A stretch of DNA of 64,000 bases from a virus. Lineage: Duplodnaviria > Heunggongvirae > Uroviricota > Caudoviricetes. The position numbers and the translations under genes are program-made. The stretch spans positions 1-64,000 of the IMG/VR virus record IMGVR_UViG_3300020048_000019; one strand, written 5' to 3'. The notes beneath the pieces were generated by a model. It had not been told where the DNA came from. It did not search any database and saw nothing but the letters and a program-made list of their open reading frames with translations. Below are positions 26,357 to 36,258 of this stretch, piece by piece. Every line of letters starts with the position of its first letter. The first letter of the stretch is position 1.

Positions 26357-27396
26357 TTCAATTCCTTTATTTGACGTGCAGGATAATCTGCATCAGTCCA
26401 GTTGTATGTATATGTAGCTTCGACGTTGCCAATTTGAATTTTATACACATCTAGATGCTGTGCAATCTGCGCCCAGATTGTGTTGTAATCCACAGTACCA
26501 AAGCTTTTGATCAAGTCTACTTGTGCTACCTTGGGATGCCCTATTGTCAAGCCTGGGTCTTCGGGATCAAACCCATTAACAATCAACCATTCACGAAACT
26601 CAGCTAGATTCTTTTGCTGCCATTCATATGCACCGGGATCACGTGCCCATTCTATATCAAAGTCGCCTGCTGCTAGAGTCTGTGATCTTAGAGTGCTGCT
26701 AGTCAGTTCGCCTAGCCTCGAGTCTCGCCCTTCGTCGGTAAACACTTCCCAATGAGCCTTGCCCACTGCTTTGTTCACACCCACATACACTCCGCCCAGC
26801 TGGCGATTTAGTGTATCAACCCCAAACAAGTCAAAGTCTTCAGGTTCTAGTTCAAAGCGCGGTGCATTCAACCAGCACATCAGCTGACTGGGGCGTCTCC
26901 ATTCGGGTGCTTGCACCGCTTTTCGCATGCTGAGCACCAGACTTTCCAGCTCGTGACACAAGAGATTTAGTTGACGAATATGCCAACGTGTATCTGCGTT
27001 GGCTTTGTTATAGTACAAACTCATGGCACCCGACACGCCTTGAAGGTCTTCAAACCAACGATGCAGCTGATTCATTCGCTCATGGTCAATGTCTAGGTCC
27101 GGCTGTATTACTGACTCCACTGTGTAAGCATCACAGTCAATACGATAACCCAGGTCAGCTCCATTAACAGCACCAATGCTGGTATTGATAGCCTGACAAA
27201 TGTATTCAGCGGTACGGTGACTTTCGGGCCAGCCCAACCAGCAGTAATTCTTTTCCAAATGTTTTTCATTTTTGATCAGGTCCTTTAGGGCAGCAAGCCA
27301 TTTTGAGCTGAGACTGTTGTTGTATACGTCAATATACACTGGCAACAAGCTGCCAGTTCTTGAACTGCGTAGTGTGATAATGATTTGCTTATTCAA
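26353..27396 (-). CDS. hypothetical protein (347 aa), probably TTG-initiated
   Basis: The only available start is TTG at 27394-27396. It is preceded by GGTGGA at 6-nt spacing and overlaps the upstream stop. Confidence 0.45.
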   Translation of the reverse strand: MNKQIIITLRSSRTGSLLPVYIDVYNNSLSSKWLAALKDLIKNEKHLEKNYCWLGWPESHRTAEYICQAINTSIGAVNGADLGYRIDCDAYTVESVIQPDLDIDHERMNQLHRWFEDLQGVSGAMSLYYNKANADTRWHIRQLNLLCHELESLVLSMRKAVQAPEWRRPSQLMCWLNAPRFELEPEDFDLFGVDTLNRQLGGVYVGVNKAVGKAHWEVFTDEGRDSRLGELTSSTLRSQTLAAGDFDIEWARDPGAYEWQQKNLAEFREWLIVNGFDPEDPGLTIGHPKVAQVDLIKSFGTVDYNTIWAQIAQHLDVYKIQIGNVEATYTYNWTDADYPARQIKELK

Positions 27397-28681
27397 TTTG
27401 ATTCCACCATTTTAGTACTGCAGGGCGCTGACTTAATATAGTGCTCATGTCAGTGGGGGCTGTGCGTATGCTTTCTAATTGTAACACACGAGCCTTGCCG
27501 CGAGCAAGCTCTTGTTGGTAAGTGTCAGGCCATTGTTCATCAAACGTGGGTCTTGACTTTAGCTGAGTTAGCACTGATCGCATACTAGACTCTGTGCAAC
27601 GGCCAATCAGTTCGTCCAACCAGGGTCCTAATAGGTGTCTAGGCAGCGCAAGTGGACTCATTGCAATACTGGGATCAAAGCTGAATATTACCTTGCTCAG
27701 TAACTCTACATCGTATTCGCGTGCTAGTGCTTGTATAGCATCTACTTCAGTCATGCCCGGCAGGGTCAGCGTAAAGTCTAAACGCATTTGTCTACGGTTT
27801 TTCTGGTGGGCAAGTCCGGCGGCAAAGTTGGTTCTGAATTGGTTGTAGTCAAGTCCGGTTCGGATGTACTCGCCAGTAGCTCCTGTGCCGTCGATGCTAG
27901 CGCATATCTGCCAGTCACGTATAGAATCCAAAATATCGCTATATAGATCACACCCACGAAAATTAACACGGCTAAGATTGGTATTGTACCTTGCATATAC
28001 TCGTCCTCCATCTCCTAATTCAACAATGCGCTGCATATAGCGCCAGTGCTGTTCATACATGAGCGGTTCTCCACCCACCCAGTACACTTCTTCTACCCTA
28101 TGCTGTTCTACAGCCTGAGCAAATTCCTGTTCAACTTGATTCTCTTGAAAGGCGTGAATCTGATGTCGTATATCGTTTCGCATCCAACTGTTTTTTGGAT
28201 CTGCCCAATTAACCATGTTGTTCTGCTTTTGTTCAGTTTCCCACGAGCTGGATAACATGTCCCCGCAAGTTCTACACTTGAAGTTACAAAGGTTGCTAAA
28301 CCTATAATCCCAGCTAACGGGCTGCATTGTGGTTGCTCCACTGCTATCAGTTGTGGCATAAACTTCCTGTAATTTGTGCGCAAACAAGTGTCCAAAGTAA
28401 TCCCTGTACACACTGGTATTTAACAGCTTTGAATTGCATACGTCACACTCGGGTAACGTTTCTCCTGCCATCATCCTGCGGCGCACTGACTTCATGTGGT
28501 CTGAGTTCCAGTGCGCTTCCAGAGTGACCGGAATATACTTGCCTGTGCCTGCTGCTGTGTCTATATACTGTTCAAAGTTTTGTGCGGGTTCGCGACTGGC
28601 ACAGCACAAGCGCCGTTCAGTTTGCGGACTCAGATACGTGTGAGTCCACGGTGCCAGACATAATGACTCAGGTTTATCCAT
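27389..28681 (-). CDS. radical SAM enzyme, paralog A1 (N-terminal Cys-rich module plus CNFKCRTC)
   Basis: CxxxCxxC in FSNLCNFKCRTCG. N-terminal CLAPW..CCASRE..RRRMMAGETLPECDVC. Start re-assigned to ATG 28681 (the track start is a TTG). Confidence 0.6.
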   Translation of the reverse strand: MDKPESLCLAPWTHTYLSPQTERRLCCASREPAQNFEQYIDTAAGTGKYIPVTLEAHWNSDHMKSVRRRMMAGETLPECDVCNSKLLNTSVYRDYFGHLFAHKLQEVYATTDSSGATTMQPVSWDYRFSNLCNFKCRTCGDMLSSSWETEQKQNNMVNWADPKNSWMRNDIRHQIHAFQENQVEQEFAQAVEQHRVEEVYWVGGEPLMYEQHWRYMQRIVELGDGGRVYARYNTNLSRVNFRGCDLYSDILDSIRDWQICASIDGTGATGEYIRTGLDYNQFRTNFAAGLAHQKNRRQMRLDFTLTLPGMTEVDAIQALAREYDVELLSKVIFSFDPSIAMSPLALPRHLLGPWLDELIGRCTESSMRSVLTQLKSRPTFDEQWPDTYQQELARGKARVLQLESIRTAPTDMSTILSQRPAVLKWWNQIE

Positions 28682-29687
28682 TAATGAACTCAAATAAAGG
28701 TTGCTGTATTGTGGTGTAGGCTAGTTCATTGGTTATACTGCGATCAAAGAACCTGTTTTGATTGTGGCGCAGCTTTTCCAATACTCTAGGTTGATCAACT
28801 CTAGCACAATCAAAACAGGTTACTTGTTGCACAACACAATCGATACGCTGCTGCCAGTCTGGAATGTTGTCATAGCTTTCGTCAAACAGCTCGGGAAATG
28901 TTTCAAATCCCTGTGAGCGCAGATAAGCAAGATTTCCTTGTGTTGATGCCATGAGTATAGGATGCTGCGCTGCTATGGGTTTGTAGCTCTTTTCGGTCAG
29001 GAACAAATGATCGTGTTGAGTAAGACTGTAGCCAGTTGTGGCTGCATAATCCACATAGGTTTCTACTGCCAGTGTAAATGCAGTGTTGTGCATCCAATCA
29101 GGATTGATATATCGTTGCTGCAATACAGGGTCGGGCCAATCATCGGGTAAATTTATTCCACGTGCTTGATAACTGTGAATACTGTCCCATAGCTGATTTT
29201 TCAGCTGATCAAATACATAGTCACGTTCAGTTCGTTGTTTGCCCAGGGTCAGAAAGAATTTCTTTTTAGGGGTTCTAGGTTGCCAAGCAATGTCGAGCAC
29301 GCCAGTTGTGGTCAATTGTGTCTGATCCAGGATCCAGTACCAGTAAGGCGTTGCAATAATTTTCACCCCTGGTAACAGATTAGGCTCGTGCCCTGATATA
29401 ATAAAACATCCTTGCCCCGGATGCTGTAAGAAATCTAATAGAATAGAATGCATTTTGAAATGAATGTAGTGTTCATTCTTGGCATCAAATATCACACGAT
29501 AGCCCTGTTGCAGGTGCAGCGGAATCATGTCATGATTCGGGCCGTACATGTCATAATAAAACACTGTACTCAGCGGGTATGTTGCTGCAGGATCAAAGAA
29601 TTCAAACGGCATGCCCTTGGGCACAATCATTCTTATCTTTTCCTGAGGTGCTCCCGTGGGATCGTAAACAAATACCAGCTTAGGCAT
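28674..29687 (-). CDS. fucosyltransferase-like (GT10-like) glycosyltransferase, paralog 4 of 5
   Basis: HDHLFLTEKSYKPIAAQHPILMASTQGNLAYLRSQGFETFPELFDESYD. Start re-assigned to ATG 29687 (the track start is a TTG). Confidence 0.5.
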   Translation of the reverse strand: MPKLVFVYDPTGAPQEKIRMIVPKGMPFEFFDPAATYPLSTVFYYDMYGPNHDMIPLHLQQGYRVIFDAKNEHYIHFKMHSILLDFLQHPGQGCFIISGHEPNLLPGVKIIATPYWYWILDQTQLTTTGVLDIAWQPRTPKKKFFLTLGKQRTERDYVFDQLKNQLWDSIHSYQARGINLPDDWPDPVLQQRYINPDWMHNTAFTLAVETYVDYAATTGYSLTQHDHLFLTEKSYKPIAAQHPILMASTQGNLAYLRSQGFETFPELFDESYDNIPDWQQRIDCVVQQVTCFDCARVDQPRVLEKLRHNQNRFFDRSITNELAYTTIQQPLFEFING

Positions 29688-30894
29688 TCTTTTGATACTC
29701 AAGTAACACGGCCATTTCAGGAGCAACTTGTGCGAAGTCTTGATTTCTTTTGCGATCTAGATCACGTATCTTCATCCTAGTCATCATGCCGTCGGTGCTG
29801 GCGCCACCATTCATGAAGTCTGAAATGCGCCCAAACTCCTTGGCATGTTCTTCAGGCACACCACAGGTTTTCAAGAACACGCTTAGTTCAGCTTTTGCTG
29901 TGTCTGGCAAGGTGGCAATACTAAAATACCAAGCATCGTGCATGATGTTCCAGTACACATAGTCAAAGCCCTGTTGCACAATCCATTGTGCCAATTGATC
30001 TAGATAGCGCACGTTGAACACGTTTACTGTACTGCAACACTGTAGCCGAATGTTGGCATGCTCAGATCGCAACTGGCGGAATCGTCCTAGGTTTTGTTCT
30101 ACTTCGGACCATATAGCGTTTGAGCGTTGGTATTCAAAGCGTGGACCTAGATCATCAATGCTGAAAGCAATTTCCACTGTTTTAAAATGGCTCCAGATCT
30201 CTGGACCACGATCGGGCCACTGCGTGCCATTTGTGTTGTAGTGTATTTCTACCTGATGCGCAATACCACGATCAATCATGCCTTGTAACATGTCAAAGTG
30301 CTGCTCAATCATGAACGGCTCACCGCCAGTAAACTCAATATAACGAATGTTGTTTAAATGATTGTCAATTTCTTGCCAGAATTGAGCATTTTCCTTGGGC
30401 CAAGCCCCGGCCCGTAGCATAGTATATGCATGTGACTTTTTCTGTTCTTCACGGGGCAAGAATGATATCTCTTCCGAAGCATATTGACTGCTACTCCAGC
30501 TGCCGCATATACGGCATTTTAAGTTGCAGATGTTGCCCAGTTTCAGATCCAGGAACATCAGGGGCTTGGCATCCACAGTCCACTCGGTGTCTGACAGAGT
30601 GTGCTTGAGGCGGTCCAGAGTATGCATGCGTTTGCTGGTACGCCCTGAACGTTCTTCATTCCAGCATTTGCGGCAGGTCTGCGGCTTTTCGCCAGCTAGA
30701 AACTGTTCACGTAGCTTGGTCATGCTTGAACTGTTTTGTATGCCAGCAAAGTCAGCACTCAGCAAACTGAACTTGTTACCAGCATCATCTACCAGTTCGT
30801 CGTCAGCTAGGCAACAAGGGCGCACTGTCCCCACGGGACTGGCTTCTAGGCTGATCCAAGGCAGTATGCAAAAGGTCTTGTGGGGGATGTTCAT
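29680..30894 (-). CDS. radical SAM enzyme, paralog A2
   Basis: LKLGNICNLKCRICGS. N-terminal FCILPW..PCCLADDE..FLAGEKPQTCRKCWNEE. Start ATG at 30894 forms an ATGA overlap with the upstream stop. Confidence 0.6.
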   Translation of the reverse strand: MNIPHKTFCILPWISLEASPVGTVRPCCLADDELVDDAGNKFSLLSADFAGIQNSSSMTKLREQFLAGEKPQTCRKCWNEERSGRTSKRMHTLDRLKHTLSDTEWTVDAKPLMFLDLKLGNICNLKCRICGSWSSSQYASEEISFLPREEQKKSHAYTMLRAGAWPKENAQFWQEIDNHLNNIRYIEFTGGEPFMIEQHFDMLQGMIDRGIAHQVEIHYNTNGTQWPDRGPEIWSHFKTVEIAFSIDDLGPRFEYQRSNAIWSEVEQNLGRFRQLRSEHANIRLQCCSTVNVFNVRYLDQLAQWIVQQGFDYVYWNIMHDAWYFSIATLPDTAKAELSVFLKTCGVPEEHAKEFGRISDFMNGGASTDGMMTRMKIRDLDRKRNQDFAQVAPEMAVLLEYQKNA

Positions 30895-32288
30895 GTCATG
30901 ATGTCCAAATAAGAAAAAAGGCTGCGCCAATTGGTGTTGCGTCTGCGATCCATTTCGTCTAGGTACACACGCAATTGCTCAATGTCATGATAATTATGAC
31001 TGGTTTGTTGCTGTAGTAGACTTTGCAGGCCCTGCATGCGCGGAATGGCCTCTTGTTGTTCCGCTGTGCGCAGTGGCATTGCTGCAAATATGCGTTCAAA
31101 GTCTTGTTGCCAGAAATCCCATGCATAGGTCTTGGGATGCTGAAACATGTGCAGGCCTGTGTAGAACTGAAAGTAATGGCCAATATGTTTGTGCTGGCTG
31201 TACTGATCTATTTTGCGTATGAGATCTGGCATGGTGCGCACCGTCATGGCTGTTACAGTTTGGTTAGCATTCAATCGCAGCCACGAGCCTTGCTCACTGG
31301 CCCAGGCAAAACGCTGTTCAAACTGATCAAGATTCAATCCCGAGCGCACAAATTCTTGTTCAGGGCCCCAGCAGTCTATACTGGCAGTGAGATCAAACAC
31401 TGCAATATTACCAGCAGCTTGTAGGTCACGTATGCGAGGAATGTATCTATTCCAGGCTGAGTCAGGCACATTGAGGTTGCTGAATATGCAGAACTGTAGA
31501 TTGGGACTGGGTCGGCGCTCAATGATATCCAGCACGCGAGTCATTAGTTCGTGCTGCAAAAAGGTTTCGCCACCCAGCAAATGCAAGCGCACTAGGCTTT
31601 GCACATTGCGATCCAGCCATTCCAGCCAACGTTCAAAGTATTCTTTTGCTGCTGCTGTGGGTTTGTGTATTACGGGAATGGTCACGTTACCTGAATCAAA
31701 GTCCCCATACTTGATATTTTCTGCTTCAATTTTACTACTAAGGTTGCCGTTACAGTACATGCAGCTTAGATTGCAGGTATTCTGTGCAAAGATCTCTACT
31801 ATGCGCGGAGTCACGTGTGTAGCAGTAGGATCGGTCAGCAGCTCAGGCGGTGTTAGCCCCCGTATGTCTAGATTGTGCTGGCGGTCACTCCAGCCACCTG
31901 CACGCTCAATATCGCCGCAGTATTCACAACCGCCACGTGGCCATTCTCCTGCCAGCATGAGTTCACGATCAGCAATCTTTTTGGGCAGGTTATGAAAGTT
32001 CTCCATTTGATCTAGTTCAAACGGCACAGGGTTTACTCTGTGACAACTGGCACTACTAAGCTGATTGAGATATATAGTACTCCAGGTCCATTTGGATTGA
32101 CACGCTGTGGCTGTGTTGATTGGAAACCTTTCACCTTGTGCCAACTGCTGCTGTGTAAATTCTGCTATTTCTTGTCGTATGTGCGGCAATGCTGCTTGCA
32201 CTCCTGCAATATAAGCCAAGTAGCTGGGCCAGTCTGGACCAGCAAACACAGCATAGTCATCAGCAGTGACATAATGAGCTAGATTCAT
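30891..32288 (-). CDS. radical SAM enzyme, paralog B' (B-type N-module with extra N-terminal extension)
   Basis: AQNTCNLSCMYCNG. CQSKWTWSTIYL..SCHRVNP..LMLAGEWPRGGCEYCGDIE. An internal ATG at 32288 gives an ATGA overlap. The track start at 32324 is also an ATG. Confidence 0.55.
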   Translation of the reverse strand: MNLAHYVTADDYAVFAGPDWPSYLAYIAGVQAALPHIRQEIAEFTQQQLAQGERFPINTATACQSKWTWSTIYLNQLSSASCHRVNPVPFELDQMENFHNLPKKIADRELMLAGEWPRGGCEYCGDIERAGGWSDRQHNLDIRGLTPPELLTDPTATHVTPRIVEIFAQNTCNLSCMYCNGNLSSKIEAENIKYGDFDSGNVTIPVIHKPTAAAKEYFERWLEWLDRNVQSLVRLHLLGGETFLQHELMTRVLDIIERRPSPNLQFCIFSNLNVPDSAWNRYIPRIRDLQAAGNIAVFDLTASIDCWGPEQEFVRSGLNLDQFEQRFAWASEQGSWLRLNANQTVTAMTVRTMPDLIRKIDQYSQHKHIGHYFQFYTGLHMFQHPKTYAWDFWQQDFERIFAAMPLRTAEQQEAIPRMQGLQSLLQQQTSHNYHDIEQLRVYLDEMDRRRNTNWRSLFSYLDIMT

Positions 32289-33547
32289 TTCAAGGCTCGC
32301 AATTCTGGAATCACGTCCAAACATGATTCATTTCTGATAGCATCAAGCTCGTGTGTTTTGCGCCAGAACGTGTCCAGCAGCTGAGTGTTGTCTGTTGCGT
32401 TCATAAAGGTAATGGCTGATTCAAAGCCTTGTGTGGCACGGCCCAGGTGATCTTGTGGCTGCAGCCAAGATATGTGCTCGCGCCATTTGGCTGTTAATTC
32501 GGCCTTGTACTCACTGGTAGCAATGTCTATTCTGTAGTGTGCAGGATCTTGAAGGATGTTTACGTTCAAATCCTGTGCTCTAATAAGGCCACGCTGAACC
32601 CAGCTACGATGAAAGTCCGGCAAGCTCCAAGCATTCATTATACTGAGTGTAGGCGAGATGTAAAAGTCCACATCAGGACACACACGCATCATTTCTGCAC
32701 GATTCAGCTCCACTGTGCTCCAGTTAGTGCCTTTTCTAATATACTCAGCTCTGGCGCCACGATCGTCTAGACTTGCACCCACTGCCACACTGTTGAATTG
32801 TTTCCAGTATTCGAATACACTCCGACCCTTTAGATCAGTATGTGTGAAGTTTGTGTTGTAGATCAAGCGCACATCAAAGCGCTTTCTACGCACCAGCTCA
32901 TCTAGAATACGATAATGTTCTTCCATGAGCAAGGGCTCGCCACCAGCAAAGTAGATCTGTTCCACATAGTCTAGATGCGGTTCTAGCTGTGTCCACATGT
33001 CAGTTTCAGTACGGCCTGCGTAGTTAAGAACAGTGTTGCGTTCTTTCCAGTCCCCGCCTGCCAGTCGGGCTTGGTCCTGATACCATTGTGAACTAAAGAT
33101 ATGCCCACAGCTTCTACACTTTAGATTGCACAAGTTACTGAAACGAATGTCCCAGTAAGTCATTTCAAACGGCGTGGCTTCTAGTTTTTTTACCTGGTGA
33201 CCGTGATGTTTGTTTGCACTCTTGCGGCCCGAAAAGAAACCTGACTCTTCTTGCTCATAACAGCGGCCACATGCAGCATTGGGTGTTTCACTCAGCATGT
33301 CTGCACGTAGTGATTGCATGGGTTTATCCTGCCAGATTTCTGCCAGTGTATTTTTCCTACAGTTGCCCACTTGCCCCACGCCCATTTCAGCATGGCAGCA
33401 AGGATATGCTTCGCCTGTGGGATAAGCATGCAAATGGATCCAGGGATAGATGCAAAAGGTCTTTGAGTCCTGTAACAGGAATTGTTCACGCTGTGTGAGC
33501 TCTGTGGGCTTTACTAAATCTGTGCTGTTATATTTGTATTGACTCAT
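32285..33547 (-). CDS. radical SAM enzyme, paralog A3
   Basis: FSNLCNLKCRSCGH. N-terminal FCIYPWIHL..PCCHAEMG..ACGRCYEQEE. Confidence 0.6.
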   Translation of the reverse strand: MSQYKYNSTDLVKPTELTQREQFLLQDSKTFCIYPWIHLHAYPTGEAYPCCHAEMGVGQVGNCRKNTLAEIWQDKPMQSLRADMLSETPNAACGRCYEQEESGFFSGRKSANKHHGHQVKKLEATPFEMTYWDIRFSNLCNLKCRSCGHIFSSQWYQDQARLAGGDWKERNTVLNYAGRTETDMWTQLEPHLDYVEQIYFAGGEPLLMEEHYRILDELVRRKRFDVRLIYNTNFTHTDLKGRSVFEYWKQFNSVAVGASLDDRGARAEYIRKGTNWSTVELNRAEMMRVCPDVDFYISPTLSIMNAWSLPDFHRSWVQRGLIRAQDLNVNILQDPAHYRIDIATSEYKAELTAKWREHISWLQPQDHLGRATQGFESAITFMNATDNTQLLDTFWRKTHELDAIRNESCLDVIPELRALK

Positions 33548-34928
33548 ACCATTCTTTTAATCTGGGAAACGTTGTGACAAAGTCAAGCCCACGGCGTTGA
33601 TCATATTGTGTAAAGAACCTGCGAAAGTCTTTTTCAAGATCATTGGAATTGAATTCTTTTTGCTGATCGTCAAAGGTTAATGGTTCCATGGTTATATATG
33701 CTCCACGATGCGGCTGCTCAACAGAACACAGATATCTTACAAAACTGGTCAGCAAGTCCTGTTCTTTTGTTGTTAGCCACTTGGAGTTACGTTCTACACA
33801 TGCTGCAATTTCATCACTGTACATTTGTCGCAGCGGCCGGGGCAAGATCAACACACTTTGGAATGTGGGCCAACGCACATAGCTCATGTAAAGATTAAAC
33901 AGCCTTGGACGGGCTTGTTGCTTTAGTGTGACAATCCAGTCGACAAATTCAACTAGGCCGTCAATGCTCACAGCACTCATTGTGGTCAGCAACTGTATAG
34001 ACACAAACAATTGGCTGTGCATCAGTGTGTGCATGTTTTGTGTCCACTGTGCCCAATCCAGACCGTGACGCACATATTCGCCTTTATCGCCCAGACCCTC
34101 GGCGCTGACAGCAATAGACCAGCTCCACTGTGAGCCCTTGATACGATCCAAAAAGCGTTGCAGCGTTTCGGCATCATAGCTGAGATTTGTGGTCAAGTGT
34201 ATGGTGCAGCCCGTGGGATTGGGGCGGTCATGAAGCCAGTCTAGTAGTCGCCAAAAGTGCTGACTCATCATGGGCTCGCCACCGGTGATTCTGAGTATTT
34301 TTACATGTTGGCCCAGTTCCTGATCCCACCACTTAAAGAACGCATCAGCATAGGGATTTTCTTCACGTACACCGTAAAGGAACTTGCCAGTGTCCACATA
34401 ATGATTTCGTTCATCTGTTACTAGGCCTTGATATGCGCCATTTTGTTTTATGTCTCTGCTCCAGCTTGAGCTAATGTCTGGACAGCAATAACTACATGCT
34501 AGATTACAGGTTCTATCAATGCCCAATTCTAGATACTTGGGAATTACTCGTTGGTCAGACGGTGCGTCAAATACTTGTTGCAGTTCGTCTTCGGTAGCCA
34601 TTTGGCTGTACCAGGTCCTATGTGCCAGTTCCTCTGACTTTTGATCTTCTACTACCCAGCAAAATTGGCAGTCTAGCGGACGCTCACCTGCTTGCATCAT
34701 GGCACGTTCTTGCTTTTTCTTGGCAGTGTTGTGCAGTGCAGACAGGTCCTGGGCTATTTCATCAAGATTGCTCACATGCGGAGGATTGTGGTGGCAACTG
34801 GCTGTCCACCCATTCCACAGCCATATACTAGAGTGAAACCATTTGGCTCCACAAAAGCTAGTGCTCTTGGCATCCAGTACACGAGCCTTGTACTCGTGCA
34901 TTATACGCAGATTTTCAGGAAAGGCCAT
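33528..34928 (-). CDS. radical SAM enzyme, paralog B1
   Basis: DRTCNLACSYCCP and ITGGEPMM (GGE). N-terminal FCGAKWFHSSIWL..SCHHNPPH..MMQAGERPLDCQFCWVVED. No C-terminal Cys cluster, so no SPASM domain. Confidence 0.6.
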   Translation of the reverse strand: MAFPENLRIMHEYKARVLDAKSTSFCGAKWFHSSIWLWNGWTASCHHNPPHVSNLDEIAQDLSALHNTAKKKQERAMMQAGERPLDCQFCWVVEDQKSEELAHRTWYSQMATEDELQQVFDAPSDQRVIPKYLELGIDRTCNLACSYCCPDISSSWSRDIKQNGAYQGLVTDERNHYVDTGKFLYGVREENPYADAFFKWWDQELGQHVKILRITGGEPMMSQHFWRLLDWLHDRPNPTGCTIHLTTNLSYDAETLQRFLDRIKGSQWSWSIAVSAEGLGDKGEYVRHGLDWAQWTQNMHTLMHSQLFVSIQLLTTMSAVSIDGLVEFVDWIVTLKQQARPRLFNLYMSYVRWPTFQSVLILPRPLRQMYSDEIAACVERNSKWLTTKEQDLLTSFVRYLCSVEQPHRGAYITMEPLTFDDQQKEFNSNDLEKDFRRFFTQYDQRRGLDFVTTFPRLKEWYESIQI

Positions 34929-36258
34929 TGTACCATTCTATTAGATCATTTTTCCCATTGAATGCTTGCGCAAAGTTCTTGTTTCGTCGTTGATCGTACT
35001 GTGAAAAAAACTGTGAAAAATCATTCAATAACTTGGTCTGGTCAAAAGCTTCTGAGTGAGGAGTGTCAACCACATCCAGGTAGTCAATTAGTCTCTGTAC
35101 ATGATCTAGTTCATGCTCATGAAACAAGGGATTGTGTTGACTGCGATAGTGCAATTCTTTTAGTTCAGCAGCATAGCGGGCACGTAGTGAGTGTGGCATT
35201 ACCAGCGCACTTTGAAAGCTGGGGAATCTAAGAATGTTTAAAGTGTAGCTCACAGCATCACGTCCGTAACGTTGTTTTAGGTCCAGTAGATAGCGCAAGT
35301 GATCACTCAAGCTGGGCAAGCACAGCGCATTGATTGTGCCCATAAAGTGTAGTGTACGCACACGCTTGCTGGCAAGAATCTTTTCCACGTTGGCTTGCCA
35401 TGCCAGGTAGTCTAAGCCATCACGAATGTATTCAGCCTGGGCGCCCACAGCTTCTTGACTGGTGTAGATATCCACATCAAGTCCTTGTACACTGTCCAAC
35501 AACCTATCTACGTCTATTTCTGCACCCAGGTTGCTGTTGATCGCAAGGCGTGTAGTGCTCTTGCCTGTATTGTTCTTGAACCAGTCAATGAGTCGCCAGG
35601 TGTGGTGGGACATGAGGGGCTCTCCTCCTGTGATACGAAGCTCTTGAAGGGTACGGTGTAGATCAGTCTCCCACCACTGAAAGAATGCCTCAACATAAGG
35701 ATTGGCTTGCCCGTGTTTATATAACTGAGCAGACTCATGAGCATGAGTGAAGTGATTCCGACCATCGCTAACCAAGCTAGTATAGGGTCCGTTATTTCTA
35801 ATATCTTTAACCCATGTTGTACTAAATGCAGGGTTGCAGTAGCTGCAAGCAAACTGACAAGTACGATCAAAAGCAATCTCCAAAGTACGGAGGTCCACGT
35901 CATCAGTTGCGGGTGTGTTGAATGCTTCATGCAGAGCCTTGATAGGGTAGATTTTTGATTTGTACACACGGTCGCTCACAGCATCACGGCCCATGTCTTC
36001 TATTTTCCAGCAGTATTCACACCCTGCAGGACGTTCGCCTGCAATCATTCTTGCACGATCTGCTTTCTTTTCAGGAGTATTGTGCAGCAGCCTAGGGTTG
36101 GCAACAACCTTATCTCGGTCTACCAAATGGGCTGGCGGATGGTGGCAGCTGGTGCTCATGCCGCTACCAAGCCAAATGGTAGCATTAAACCATTTTGCAG
36201 CGCAAAAACTGGGGCTCAGGGTATCCAAGACTTCTTGGCGAAATTCAAGATCGTTCAT
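34915..36258 (-). CDS. radical SAM enzyme, paralog B2
   Basis: DRTCQFACSYCNP and ITGGEPLM. N-terminal FCAAKWFNATIWL..SCHHPPAH..MIAGERPAGCEYCWKIED. Confidence 0.6.
   Translation of the reverse strand: MNDLEFRQEVLDTLSPSFCAAKWFNATIWLGSGMSTSCHHPPAHLVDRDKVVANPRLLHNTPEKKADRARMIAGERPAGCEYCWKIEDMGRDAVSDRVYKSKIYPIKALHEAFNTPATDDVDLRTLEIAFDRTCQFACSYCNPAFSTTWVKDIRNNGPYTSLVSDGRNHFTHAHESAQLYKHGQANPYVEAFFQWWETDLHRTLQELRITGGEPLMSHHTWRLIDWFKNNTGKSTTRLAINSNLGAEIDVDRLLDSVQGLDVDIYTSQEAVGAQAEYIRDGLDYLAWQANVEKILASKRVRTLHFMGTINALCLPSLSDHLRYLLDLKQRYGRDAVSYTLNILRFPSFQSALVMPHSLRARYAAELKELHYRSQHNPLFHEHELDHVQRLIDYLDVVDTPHSEAFDQTKLLNDFSQFFSQYDQRRNKNFAQAFNGKNDLIEWYNGLS

Noticed and set aside
27594-28643. Several plus-strand ORFs of 66-84 aa opposite radical-SAM gene A1
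   Set aside because: They are antisense to a conserved-motif-bearing gene. Shadows.
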